The position numbers were made by a program, and so were the translations under genes. 64,000 nt of DNA from Haliotis rufescens (Eukaryota): the NCBI RefSeq assembly GCF_023055435.1, contig NW_025963779.1:11160001-11224000 (forward strand), given 5' to 3'. The notes under the pieces are model-generated. The model did not search any database. It was not told the origin of the DNA and saw only the letters and a list, made by a program, of their open reading frames with translations. Positions 1-11,957 of this stretch are shown one piece after another (the stretch's first letter is position 1; each line of letters begins with the position of its first letter).

Positions 1-952
1 AATTTGTGTTGGGTGAATCTTTATGGCCGAATCTGTGTGTGCTGTCTGAGTTAAGTGCTGAGTTAATTTCCATAACAGAAGTCGAAGATGCAGTTATTTG
101 TGCGCTCTCTGAAGGAGAAGGTGAAGGAACAGAGTGTGAGGTTAAATCATGGCTGGATGCTGGGGTTTCTTGACTTCGATATGTATCTTGAGTCGACTTC
201 AATTTTAGGCATCCTTCGACTTGACACGCGCACTGATTTTGCTTCCTATACTCTGAGGGACCAGCACTGCCTTCAACACGACTTGAGGGTTTCAAGGTCT
301 GTCTGTACTTCATCTGTTGATATACTCGGCACCAGATACAGGAATACAGGACACCAAGGGAGATAACCAATCCGAATAACATGATCATCCAAAAGCCAGT
401 GTACGCCTTATAATAGTCCTCTCTGTCTCGTAGGGGCCGACAAATGGTAATATTCACATTATATCGTGTCACGGGTTTTGGCCCGTAAATCAGTGGAGCC
501 GGAATCATGAGCACGAGCAACACAACACAAAGTATTCCACAAGCCAGTTTTGCTGTATATTGCGTCATCTGTTTTCGGAAGGGTCGACACACCTTCTTGT
601 ATCTGTCAACGGCCACTAAGATTAAAACCTGGCCAGACGCAGTGCTGAAATAAGTCACACTCGTTATCATGAACCTACACGCCCCGGATCTCCCAAACGT
701 TACAAAGTTTCTCATTTGAAATATCTGTACTGGACAACACATTAGGGCGTTAAGAATATCCAGAAGGGCTACCACAAGAATGAAACACCTAGTTGTGCTC
801 GGCTTGAACTTCTTTAGGTATACGTAAAAAACAACAGAATTGCCCACAAAGCCCACGACCATCATGACCGATACGTACACAGTAGCAGGGAGGTATCGGC
901 GGTTGTAGGTGTCATTGTACTGTTGAAGGGTGAGGTTGACGCCAGTCGCCAT
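1..952 (-). CDS. Class A (rhodopsin-like) GPCR, CCK/orexin-receptor-like; recent duplicate of the 11958-13217 gene, 3' part runs off the window
   Basis: Near-identical to 12266-13217 (offset 12265). ATG of MATGVNLT at 952, acceptor tttcag at 985-986, DRY motif, TM1-TM5 open. An extra in-frame ATG lies at 967. Confidence 0.85.
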   Translation of the reverse strand, partial: MATGVNLTLQQYNDTYNRRYLPATVYVSVMMVVGFVGNSVVFYVYLKKFKPSTTRCFILVVALLDILNALMCCPVQIFQMRNFVTFGRSGACRFMITSVTYFSTASGQVLILVAVDRYKKVCRPFRKQMTQYTAKLACGILCVVLLVLMIPAPLIYGPKPVTRYNVNITICRPLRDREDYYKAYTGFWMIMLFGLVISLGVLYSCIWCRVYQQMKYRQTLKPSSRVEGSAGPSEYRKQNQCACQVEGCLKLKSTQDTYRSQETPASSHDLTSHSVPSPSPSESAQITASSTSVMEINSALNSDSTHRFGHKDSPNTN

Positions 953-1194
953 ATCTCCATATGCCATATGTGTGCGACCCGCAGCTGAAATAAGAAAGTA
1001 ATGTTCTAGGACATTTTTTAGTGACATGAATGTGCATTACAACATAGAAAATGCCCAGGTAATAATGTCATCGAAATGTCAACATACAAGACAAACGGAT
1101 TTCGTGTATGGCATATTTGCCATATTTGAAAACATATTTGTGGCCATTGCTTTCTGTTTTAAAGAAGTTTGGTGTTCAATCTATTTTGCAACAC

Positions 1195-1359
1195 TACAAA
1201 CTACGATTATAATGAACTCAAAGGGACCACAAATTTCAGTTCGTTATAACCGTAGTTATAAGCATATATACAGCAAATGGACGTGATCAAAACACATTAA
1301 CAATCGTTATATCCGTCAATTCGTTATAAGCGTGTTCGTTATAAACGTAGTTTACTGTA
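1195..1359. mobile_element. Tc1/mariner (pogo-like) MITE; other copies 13453-13617, 41184-41337, 45680-45856
   Basis: TA-flanked terminus TACAGTAAACTAC.../...GTAGTTTACTGTA, internal repeated (TTC)GTTATAA motifs, dispersed copies. Confidence 0.65.
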
Positions 1360-2133
1360 TTTGTGTTTTGCCCATGCTCTTTATTCTCTTAATGTGGATA
1401 TCTGGCTCTGCAATTTCTTCTCTGAAACTAGGTTTTAGTCCTCACTATTATTCAGAACGTATTTGAATATCAATTCAGAACATATTAGTATCAATGATGC
1501 ATAAACTTTAAGTGGCTGTGTTTTTATTTACCTTTCAACGATCGACTACATACCCAGGTGAGCTACAGCGCTGTGAAATTACGAAACTGCGATGTATCAT
1601 CAAGGACGAAGTTGTAAAAAATCAGAAAAGAGAAAACTGCACTTTTGCCTACACCTGAATACTGTGTATGAGTGAGTGTCTTAGTTGAGAGACTGGTTTA
1701 GAGCCGCTTTGAACAGTATATCACGGTGTGTCCAGAAATCCAGAGTTGATGCAAGTATGAGACGTATACAACTTTGGGGAAACCAATGGCAGGCATAAGG
1801 AACGCAGCTCTGCATAGCGTATCGCGGTGCCTTCAACAACTAAGCTATCAACGACGCTCCCCTCCCCACACCCGCACCCCCTACTGATTTGCAATGGCTA
1901 AAACATTGATTACGATACGATATAGACCATGAAAAATACATAGCTCACAACTGAACGTCGTAAGCATTACTTACCTCAAGTTGCGTTAGTATAAAGCAAC
2001 CTTCAGCTACTGATGTATACCTCTATAGGTTACAATAACAAATTGGTTCCTAGATATGAGGAAACAAATGCATCAACGTGATTGGGTAGATTATGTTTCC
2101 TCATGTCTCCCCACGCTGCAGCGTTTGTCCAAA

Positions 2134-2223
2134 CCTATCTGGTGCAATCTCGCCTATCTGGTGCAATCTCGCCTATCTGGTGCAATCTCGCCTATCTGGT
2201 GCAATCTCGCCTATCTGGTGCAA
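2134..2223. repeat. 19-bp minisatellite (cctatctggtgcaatctcg) x~4.7; duplicated at 14392-14481
   Basis: Direct reading. Confidence 0.9.
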
Positions 2224-2377
2224 AATCAGATCTAGGTTCTCGCTACCGCTGAACAATAATCTGGGGACATCTCATTACGGGTCCCTTCAGAACGACCTTA
2301 TGTAATGTCCTCCTATGACTACTGATTTTAATTGGTGAAAATGAAAGTTCGTATGATGTTTTACATCCAATATGAAG

Positions 2378-2641
2378 TTGGTTGGTTGGTTTGTTGTTTA
2401 ACGCCGCACTCAGCATCAATCTAGCTATAGGACGGCGGTTTGTAAATAATCGAGGCCTGACTAGACAATCCAGTGATTGATATCATGAGCATCGATCCAC
2501 ACAATTGGGATCGATGACATGCATCAACCAAGTCAGCGAATCTGACCACCCGATCCCATTAGTCGCCTCTGACAAGCATAGTCGCCTTTTATGGCAAGCA
2601 TGGGTTGCTGAAGACCTATTCTACCCCGGATCTTCACGGTT
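2378..2641 (-). mobile_element. SINE family B (non-tRNA head, ~270 bp); duplicated at 14636-14899
   Basis: TSD caatatgaag/caataggaag, (caac)n tail, many dispersed copies in the window. Confidence 0.85.
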
Positions 2642-3396
2642 GCAATAGGAAGAAATGGCTTTGAAGTGAATACTAAATATCAACTAAATGTTCAACTAGC
2701 ATTCATAATTGGGAATATAAGTGAACACCTTGCTACTTTTTTTAAGTTAGTTACTGGAGTTTGGAGGAAATCACACGTCGACGTGATTGGGCACATTGTG
2801 CTTCCAAGCATGATCGTGATTCTCTCAAGCAATGTCTCCCCACGCTGCAGCGTTTGTCCAAACTATCTGGTGTGACGTTTTTTACTCACGTTCTTTCTGA
2901 CTGTTGTGAAAATCTAGCAGGCGGCCCAATTTTGAAAAGTAAAATTCCACTGCATGTATTTTTAAAGCCTTCTGTTCTAATTTCTAATAAAGTTTCTGTA
3001 GACAACGAACAAGTATATTGCTGTGTATTAGTGCTAACATATTGAAATTGGAAAATCTCTAAGAGGCGAAAATTGAATGCCGACACGACTGACATGTGTG
3101 ATGGTACAGATGAACAAATGCCAATATTATCAATGACACACGTGTCTCTCAAGATGAAGCTGATTCAGGTGAGATTAGATTAACACTATGGGCATCAAAT
3201 GTCCACATATTGCCCTATCATTAATAATATCGGTAAACATGTTTACTTTTTTGTTTTTTTATTGCGTCGTTTGAGTTTAGATTTTAAATTGTAGCTAAAT
3301 TTCCAATTATAATGAGTCATCAAGATAATATTTGGAGAATGTGAGGTTGTACTGAAAAGGGGATGTGACACAGGCATTATTAATATTACATGCATT

Positions 3397-3845
3397 GTCC
3401 TCCTATGAATACAGAGTTTATTTGGTTAAAATGAAAGTTCGTATGATGTTTTACATCCAATAGGAAGCAATAGCTTTGAGTGAGTGAGTGAGTGAGTGAG
3501 TGAGTATGGTTTTACGCCGCCTTTAGCAATATTCCAGCAATATCACGGCGGGGGACACCCGAAATGGGTAATGGCTTTGAATTGAATGCTGAATATTGAT
3601 ATGTTCAACCAGTATTCATAATTGTGAATACCTTACTACTTTATTGAAGTTAGTTACTGGGGTTAGGAGGAAATCACACGTCGACGTGATTGGGCACATT
3701 GTGATTCCTGCATAAACATGTTGCCCTCAGGCAATTTCTTTGAAAACCTTTTATGTTTGACCTGTTTTCCTCCTGCCTTTCATGTACTGATCGGTATTTA
3801 ACATCCGGGGCGGTGACGAACTGGGCATCATGCTTCAGTAAGATA
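3397..3845. repeat. Older, diverged paralog of the GPCR upstream region (homologous to 2306-2833 and 14564-15200)
   Basis: Collinear similarity including aaatcacacgtcgacgtgattgggcacattgtg. Lacks the family B SINE but carries a truncated family A SINE (3478-3569). Confidence 0.85.
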
Positions 3846-5201
3846 GTTTCAGTAGTTGTAATTAACATCTTAATGTGTGGAAAAGCCCAAAGTGATGCAG
3901 GACTGTGACGTCAAATAAATTGCCAATCCGGTTTAAAGGTTACCAGTCAGTTGGTTTTGTTTATATTTTTACACGAGATTGATCATGTGACTTTTTCAAA
4001 GCTTTTGTTAACATGCAGAATAAAATTGAGCCAGTCGGCGATGAGCTTAATCGTGAAAGTAGATAGCAATGTCAAGTATTATCCGCTGAGCATGCTTTGT
4101 TGGTCTACGTGGAATACTTTTTGCAAGTTTTCTTGGAAGGTCTCTCCGGCGGATATTTTAAACACCGGCTTAAGCCGGGTTCGCCGTGTCCGTATCCTTG
4201 ACATGCATCCGTATATCCGTCGTTATTTTTCAAACGCATCCGTACGTAGCCCACGTTGCAGATGTACAAAAAAAAAAGTTTAAACAAAGAGAAGAGTGTG
4301 GGTACCCATTTTGATGATCAGCTAGTTAAGGAGCTAGAATTTGACGATATGTGTTTGATTCGTCACGCTAGGAACAGAGGGGGCATGAACTTTAGCATTT
4401 GTGAGTTAGATTTACCATCATACCATGTCTCCTATCATATAACTAATCAATATGGTTATCAGTGTGCCCGATTTGGTGCTTTTATCCACCTTGTAACAGT
4501 AATTTGGTTAAGCCCCTGACCAGTAAACAGTGAGCACATATAAACTTCCTGTGGCCCATGAAGCCACTCTACCACAACAGTTCTTACTTGGACCACGTGA
4601 AGATCCTGGTTAGTTGTGGCCTTCAGCATCCCATGCTGGTCGTAAAAGGCGACTAACGGGAGTGGATGATCAGGATCGATGACTTGGTTGATGCATGTCA
4701 TGTTGTTCGTCTCTTCATAGAAAATATTGTGACAGAAAAATTATACTCCAACAAACACCAGAGGTCAGCGGTCAACCACATTTTCAAAATGTTTGTGTTT
4801 TAGGTGACGGCAATTAGAAAGTATCCTGGCTGAATTTCGCAAACATAACTTCAAAATAGGAACTGTTCTATAAGTATAGTAATGGTAAGCTTTCCCACAC
4901 AAGACAAACATATGGCTTCCAAAGAGCGTTTTCTGACAAATCTGCTATCAAACAGCGATTCACTTGGTTGCAAATCGTTTCATAATCGCTCACGATGTAT
5001 CAAATCATTGTTTTTTTGTGATAGGTGATAACCACACATATACATGTATTTGTCAGCTAATTGTCTTCAGTGTTTCCTCAACGGCTTACTAAGCAGTGTA
5101 CATTGCGATAATGGCTTAATGTATCTTGGCTCTGATATCTCTTTTACCAGCCTGCCTATAGTTTTTACAATTCCGACATATTCTTCAGCTTTTGTCTCTA
5201 T

Positions 5202-6449
5202 TCACCTATTCTTCCATAGCAGTGTCACTTCCCGGCGGAACCGATCATTACAGAAGCTGTAAATGATAGGATTGGAGACACTGTTGATGAAGTACGATCT
5301 CAGAAAAATATTGTTAGCTGCTATCCCAGCTCCTGGAAGGTGGTCAAACACGTGTTTGTTGACAGCCCTGGTTGCCATCAGACCCAGATGCGGGAGGAAA
5401 CTCAGCACAAACACCAGGGTGATGAGGAACAGCATGAAGGTCGTCTTCTGACCTCTTGGACGTTGTGACGATGTGCTGGCGGGGAATTTGTTTCTTCCGC
5501 ACTTGGAGGGCTGGCTGCTCGGTGGGGATACAGATGTTATGAGTTCAGGGGCGTCTGGACATGGATCTGTTATGCGTTCTGATGTAACTGTAGGAAGGTT
5601 GGAATCACTTCTCTCGGAACATGACAGGTTTGTTTCACCTGTAATTGGCGGATGTTGGACATCTGACGATGATGTATTGTTCTGAGTTGGTACCATTTCC
5701 TGTCTGTCATCCTTTTCCAGTTTTTGTTTAGTTTTATTGACGGCTTTCATTCGTCTCCGTTGCCGGGCAACCCGCCGCCATATTAGACCATAGAGTACAG
5801 AGAGACTGAGTGTTGAGGAGATGAAGATGAAAAACTGGACTCCATTGAAGATGAGAGGGTAGGGCGTCCTGATGTAGTCGTCTGACGTAGAGCAGTCTGA
5901 ACCGTTAATATTGATGTCATCTGTTGCAACTACTCTAGAGCCATAGATGATAGCACCGGGCAATGACACGACGACACTCATGAGCGAACACACGGTAATC
6001 GTAACCTTTGCAATCAAAGGTGTCATCTGTTTTTTAACCGGTCGGCATATTTTCCTGAACCTGTCCACAACAATGGCTACTAGTATAGACGCTGAAGCAT
6101 TAGCTGAGAACGTTACAAGGATTCGCAATATCTTACACAGTTTATACAGCCCAAATGTGTGGTGATGCCTTATATCTTTTATCTCAGTGGGAATGCAAAT
6201 CATACACGTAATAAGGTCAAAGGTTGTCAATGCTACAATAAAGCATCGGGTGGAACTCTGTTTAAATTTCACAAGATACACATAGAAGACGAGGGAATTC
6301 CCCACGAATCCAACCAGCATCAAGATGGCAAGAAACAAGATGGCGGACAAGGCCTGTAGGGCGTATTTGTTGTCATAGTGACGAAGATATAGGTCAGGGT
6401 CGTTTTGAATGACACTGATGTTTACGTTGAGCCTCAACTCCACAGACAT
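5202..6449 (-). CDS. Class A GPCR, CCK/orexin-receptor-like, single coding exon, ~415 aa
   Basis: 7 hydrophobic segments, GN in TM1, DRF at end of TM3, FxxxFLP in TM6, NPIIY in TM7, long Ser/Pro-rich ICL3. Start taken at MSVEL (6449), just after a polypyrimidine acceptor at 6460-6461. Likely 5'UTR-exon donor at ~6977. Confidence 0.88.
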   Translation of the reverse strand: MSVELRLNVNISVIQNDPDLYLRHYDNKYALQALSAILFLAILMLVGFVGNSLVFYVYLVKFKQSSTRCFIVALTTFDLITCMICIPTEIKDIRHHHTFGLYKLCKILRILVTFSANASASILVAIVVDRFRKICRPVKKQMTPLIAKVTITVCSLMSVVVSLPGAIIYGSRVVATDDININGSDCSTSDDYIRTPYPLIFNGVQFFIFISSTLSLSVLYGLIWRRVARQRRRMKAVNKTKQKLEKDDRQEMVPTQNNTSSSDVQHPPITGETNLSCSERSDSNLPTVTSERITDPCPDAPELITSVSPPSSQPSKCGRNKFPASTSSQRPRGQKTTFMLFLITLVFVLSFLPHLGLMATRAVNKHVFDHLPGAGIAANNIFLRSYFINSVSNPIIYSFCNDRFRREVTLLWKNR

Positions 6450-6529
6450 GTTTGGTGAACTGAATGAAAAAAAGAAAACGGTATTAAAGTACATTGAGAA
6501 ATATGTAACGACAATATTATGTTTTTCAG

Positions 6530-6597
6530 GAGAGGTGAGTCGAAATTGGGTTTAAGCGTCAAAGATTATTTCACTTAAATAGCGATGTGCATGCACG

Positions 6598-6657
<60 letters not shown>

Positions 6658-6860
6658 CTGCTTGTACTAGTCCGGACTGATGCCGATTTATAGTGCTAAC
6701 TCACTAAGATACCATGCCGCAGATTAACATGAATACCCCACTCTGACACAGTATACTGACTCCGAGCTGACCAGTTCTTCCTTTAGCCACTTAATGCCGA
6801 TCGCGAGACAGGGTAACAACAAGTACAATTTCTTAAACGTCTTTTGGTATGACGCGGATG
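6530..6860 (-). mobile_element. SINE family C, 5'-truncated, containing a (TG)n microsatellite
   Basis: Matches 61623-61972 in reverse. Confidence 0.8.
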
Positions 6861-7103
6861 TATTGTGTAAGTAGAACTAATGTGTGGTGTAATCACCTTA
6901 ACAAATAATAAACATTACACACATACATAAAAATTCAAAACAACAATAGAGTATTCTTAATTTAAGTCTTCACTTACCGATGGCTTCCCTTCCAAATGCT
7001 TCTATAAATTTATCCTAACGCATCGACAAGTGAAATAACCTTTGATGTGGTACAAGGATACATTTTCAAACAGGATAAACTTGACTGGGGCCGAAAGGAT
7101 GTA

Positions 7104-7160
7104 GTATGCGATTGTTCTCAACTGGTTAATTATATTAACCAGTTGAGAACAATCGCATAC
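7104..7160. other. Perfect inverted repeat (27-bp arms, 3-nt loop)
   Basis: gtatgcgattgttctcaactggttaat-tat-attaaccagttgagaacaatcgcatac. Confidence 0.95.
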
Positions 7161-7305
7161 ATGTCATCTTGCCAGTGGACCTTCCCAGCACAAGCCTGCT
7201 GAAACAGCCTGGGAAGAGTTGATGGGGATTTACACTAGTGTGTCAAAACTTGTTGGAGAATGATATAATATGCAAAAGCTATTCGGTACTTATTTGAAAA
7301 GGAGA

Positions 7306-7577
7306 GGGGGCACGGGTGGCCCAGTCGGCGCGATTCGCTGTGCAGAGTTGCGTCCCTTGGGCACGCCAGAAACCTATGATTGTTGGTTCGAATCCCGGCT
7401 CGCCCCGATTATGTTTCTAGGTTTGTCAGCACCATGCCCGTGCTCGTGGGTTTCACCAAAGTAGTAAACGTCTGAGACCTGCATCACTTCGGTCTTTCCT
7501 CCCACATTAAGCTGACACGCAGTGATATAACTGGAATACTGTTAAAAAGTGCGTTAAATCAAACTCACTCACTCACT
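7306..7577 (+). mobile_element. SINE family D (tRNA-like head, ~270 bp); other copies 26704-26972(+), 45865-46125(-), 52590-52872(-), 55044-55319(-)
   Basis: A-box-like TGGCCC and B-box GGTTCGAATCC, (ACTC)n tail. TSDs at the 55044 copy (gtgaagaaag) and 52590 copy (tttatcacaYactga). Confidence 0.8.
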
Positions 7578-7799
7578 AAAAAAGTAAAGTTTGTACTGGA
7601 TCATGAGAAATTATGTGTAGATATTGTGCTGCGCTGCGAATTATGTGTGCTCACGATCGGCATTTGCGGTTTGAAATTGTCACGGATTCTTTGTTACGCT
7701 GATGGGCTCCTGTACACGCCTGTCCTTCGTGTCGACATTGTTAAACCTACAGCTGCCATCCAGGACAATTTTCACTTAAAAACATCTACCTACGACCAT

Positions 7800-9905
7800 T
7801 TGTCACCAAGGACAAGTTACACCTTGATAATTACCTATCAACAGGTGCCACCTAGACAATTACCTACCACCAGGTGCCACAAGGACAATTACCTACCACC
7901 ACATGTCACCTAGCACAATGACACACCACCAGATGTCACCTAGCACAAATACCCCCACCAGGTTCCACCTAGACAATTACCTTCCACCAGGTGCCACCTA
8001 GACAATTACCTACCACCAGGTGCCACAAGGACAATTACCTACCACCAGACGTCACCTAGACAATTACCCGCCACCAGGTGCCACAAGGACAATTACCTAC
8101 CACCAGATGTCACCTAGCACAATTACCTACCACCTTGTGCCACCTAGACAATTACCTACCACAAGGTTCCACCGAGACAATTATCTACCACCAGGTTCCA
8201 CCTAGACAATTACCCACCACCTTGTTCCACCTAGACAATTACCCACCACCTTGTTCCACCTAGCACAATTACCCACCACCTTGTGCCACCTAGACAATTA
8301 CCTACCACAAGGTTCCACCGAGACAATTATCTACCACCAGGTTCCACCTAGACAATAACCCACCACCAGGTGCCACCAAGACAATTACCCAACACCAGGT
8401 GCCACCTTGATCTTAACCCACCACCAGATGCCACCTAGACAATTACCTACCACCAGATTCAAACCTAGACAATTACCCACCACCAGGTGCCACCTAGACA
8501 ATTACCTACCACCAGGTTCCACCTAGACAATTACCCACCACCAGGTTCCACCGAGACAATTACCCACCACCAGGTTCAAACCTAGACAATTATCTACCAC
8601 CAGGTGCCACCTAGACAATTACCTACCACCAGGTGCCACCTAGACAATTACCTACCACCAGGTTCCACCGAGACAATTACCCACCACCAGGTGCCACCGA
8701 GACAATTACCCACCACCAGGTGCCACCTTGACAATTACCTACCACCAGATTCAAACCTAGACAATTACCTACCACCAGGTGCCACCTAGACAATTACCTA
8801 CCACCAGGTGCCACCTAGACAATTACCTACCACCAGGTTCCACCGAGACAATTACCCACCACCAGGTGCCACCGACAATTACCCACCACCAGGTGCCACC
8901 TTGACAATTACCTACCACCAGATTCAAACCTAGACAATTACCTACCACCAGGTGCCACCTAGACAATTGCTTACCACCAGGTTCCACCTAGACAATAACC
9001 CACCACCAGGTGCCACCAAGACAATTACCCACCACCAGGTGCCACCTTGACCTTAACCCACCACCAGATGCCACCTAGACAATTACCTACCACCAGATTC
9101 AAACCTAGACGATTACCCACCAACAGGTGCCACCTAGACAATTACCCCCACCAGGTTCCACCTAGACAATTACCTTCCACCAGGTGCCACCTAGACAATT
9201 ACCCGCCACCAGGTGCCACAAGGACAATTACCTACCACCAGATGTCACCTAGCACAATTACCCACCACCTTGTGCCACCTAGACAATTACCTACCACAAG
9301 GTTCCACCGAGACAATTATCTACCACCAGGTTCCACCTAGACAATAACCCACCACCAGGTGCCACCAAGACAATTACCCACCACCAGGTGCCACCTTTAC
9401 CTTAACCCACCACCAGATGCCACCTAGACAATTAACTACCACCAGATTCAAACCTAGACAATAACCCACAACCAGGTGCCACCTAGACAATTACCTACCA
9501 CCAGGTTCCACCTAGACAATTACCCACCACCAGGTTCCACCGAGACAATTACCCACCACCAGGTTCAAACCTAGACAATAACCTACCACCAGGTGCCACC
9601 TAGACAATTACCTACCACCAGGTGCCACCTAGACAATTACCTACCACCAGGTTCCACCGAGACAATTACCTACCACACAGGTGCCACCTAGACAATTACC
9701 CACCACCAGTTGCCACCTAGACCCTAACCCACCACCAGATGCCAGCTAGACAATTACCTTCCACCTTGTGCCACCTAGACAATTACCTACCACCAGGTGC
9801 CACCTTGACAATTGCTTACCACCAGGTTCCACCTAGACAGTTAACTATCATTATACGTCACCTGAGACAATTATCATCTACGCAATTACCCAACACCAGG
9901 TGTCA
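7800..9905. repeat. 29-bp minisatellite (caccaggtgccacctagacaattacctac), ~70 units with higher-order blocks
   Basis: Period 29. The translated ORFs repeat every 29 aa (3 units). Confidence 0.95.
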
Positions 9906-10899
9906 GTTAGACAAGAATACGAAGAAGGTTCAGCAAACTGATGCTAAGAGCGTTTTTAAAAGATAAATAATTCTGTATTTCAGAAACAAAAAGGTTGCCA
10001 TGAAATTAAACTCGACAAGCTGACAAACAGCACACTACCACGACACGTTAAGCTTAAGGGTGTGCAAACTGTAGTATTACTTTTTAACTTTTACACAATT
10101 CTGTCAAGATAATCAAACCTGTGCATCGGACAAATGGAAATGTGAATAAAAACGACAAACCTCCTTCCTTCACGCTGACGTATTGACGTATCACGTATTT
10201 CATCGCAACAACGGATGCGTGTTCTCGTTTAATGGTGATTAGATATCTTACACATGCAGGAGGTGATCATATCCTATTCTCAACCCGGACATATCAGTAC
10301 ACGACTTCACTTTCATCCTGTCATCTCTTACTTCCGGTTCACCACACGGAGGGAAAACGCTACAATGGGACAATAATACTCAAGGAATACAAACGTTAGC
10401 ACTGATGAAGTGGGACTTGTCCGATTACCACTGTGCAAAGTTAAACATAACACGCCAGGAGAATAATCAGTCTCGATTATGTGCCAAATCAGATTCTTCA
10501 TGCATTAGAGGTAAAAGGAAAAGAGTGGTGAAAATTATTGAATGGATCTCTGAAAATCTGTGATGACCCCGACTGTTAAACTACGTGTGCCGTATTCTTC
10601 TAAAGACGTCTGATTGACTAAAACCAATATAATTTAATTTAATAAATTTAAATAAACGCTTGTATAACAGTAAATGAATGGTGAGATTAAGAAACCATAC
10701 AAATAAAACCGTAATAAAACACAATGTTAATAATGAAGTCGAGCAGGAGACACTCACCCTTTCGTCAACGCCTGGTATCATCCCTTCTCCGATAGTAATG
10801 ACACCGTCAGAAAACCGTGTCAGAATCCTCATCGAAACGTCGCTAAATATACTAACCCAAAAGTTATTATCCATGAAGTTGTATGTTTTCTCATGTTAT

Positions 10900-11390
10900 G
10901 CGTATGAATCGGAATTGCCAAAATATTTTTTAAAAACTTGGCCACAGTGAGACCGCCTCATCTGTTTCATATTTAGATCAAGATTCAGAGCGACGCAAAC
11001 TCTCCACGAGACTGTATGACAAGAGAGAGGGATGACTTCAACTTTCCAATAGTCAACTTACCCTTTATGTTGAGCAATATTCCATCACTTCCAGTCTTTG
11101 GTGTACAATGGTCTTTGTACGAAGATTTCAGAGGGCGTCGTACGACTCATGCTTCAAAGTTGTTCGAACAAGGTAACGCAATGAATAGAGTAACGCTTTC
11201 AAAAGACATGTGAAGGTCTTTTCCAAATTCGATGCACCAGGAACCAAATTGATGTCCGATGCAATTCCCAATTTTGGCTTGCATCAGATTTGCTCAGGTG
11301 AATTCTTTTGGCTTGCCTTTGCATGTGTTTTTGACGGGTGCCACATGTGGGGCAGGATACGCTCACCTTTTTCGCGAGCACCTGGCATCA
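10900..11390 (+). mobile_element. Degenerate Penelope-like retroelement RT/thumb fragment with 3' end
   Basis: Frameshifted ...SYLD...LSTRLYDKR-DDFNFPIVNLPFMLSNIP, a motif typical of PLE-type reverse transcriptases, followed by a gacgggtgccacatgtggggcagg...ctcaccttt 3' block. Confidence 0.65.
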
Positions 11391-11957
11391 GCACTAATTG
11401 AAACTGATACACAGACACATTCGTATGATATAGTCGGAATCGTACAATCGACTGTCGTTTCTTATGACCATGGAGACCGTATGGTCGCTATTATTTGTAT
11501 CCGTCATCGAACATAGAGCCCTATTCGCCATGGTCATAGGTATGTAAGCACCATACCCATGGTAGCCGAGTGGTTAAAGCGTACATCCCCCTTCGATTCC
11601 CCACATGGCTACAATGTGCGAAGTCAATCTCTGGTGTCCCCCGCCGTCATATTGCTTGAATATTGCTAAAAGGAACTATACGCGCGCGCTCGCTCACTCT
11701 CTCACTCACTCACTCACTCACTCACTAACCCACTAACTCACTCACATCAAGCAAGCATCTTCATTAAAGCGAAATGCTGTTAAAAACTTAACACACTACA
11801 TAAAGACAAGTCAATTCTAATAAGAAACTGTTATATTCTTGTAAGATATGTGGAGTAAAGTAAGTAAAGAGAAGAGTGAAAACAATCACCTTGTTTCAAG
11901 TTCTAAATCTGTTCCGGATGCCATATCTCCTGCATACTAACATGCAGTTTGTCACCA

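Larger units (their letters stand above)
1..2833. repeat. Segmental/tandem duplication, copy 1 (copy 2 = 12266-15091)
   Basis: Base-for-base match. Differences seen: 4 SNPs and a 7-bp CCATATG duplication. Identity ends abruptly after tctctcaagcaat. Confidence 0.95.

Noticed and set aside
3932-4520. Possible DNA transposon starting ttaaagg
   Set aside because: No matching second terminus or second copy in the window.
7800-9966. CRISPR-like array or Pro/Thr-rich protein
   Set aside because: Contiguous 29-bp units without unique spacers, in a eukaryotic context; the ORFs are repeat-derived.
10790-10850. Hammerhead ribozyme near the Penelope-like remnant (…tcgaaacgtcg)
   Set aside because: GAAA box present, but no CUGANGA core in a suitable position.
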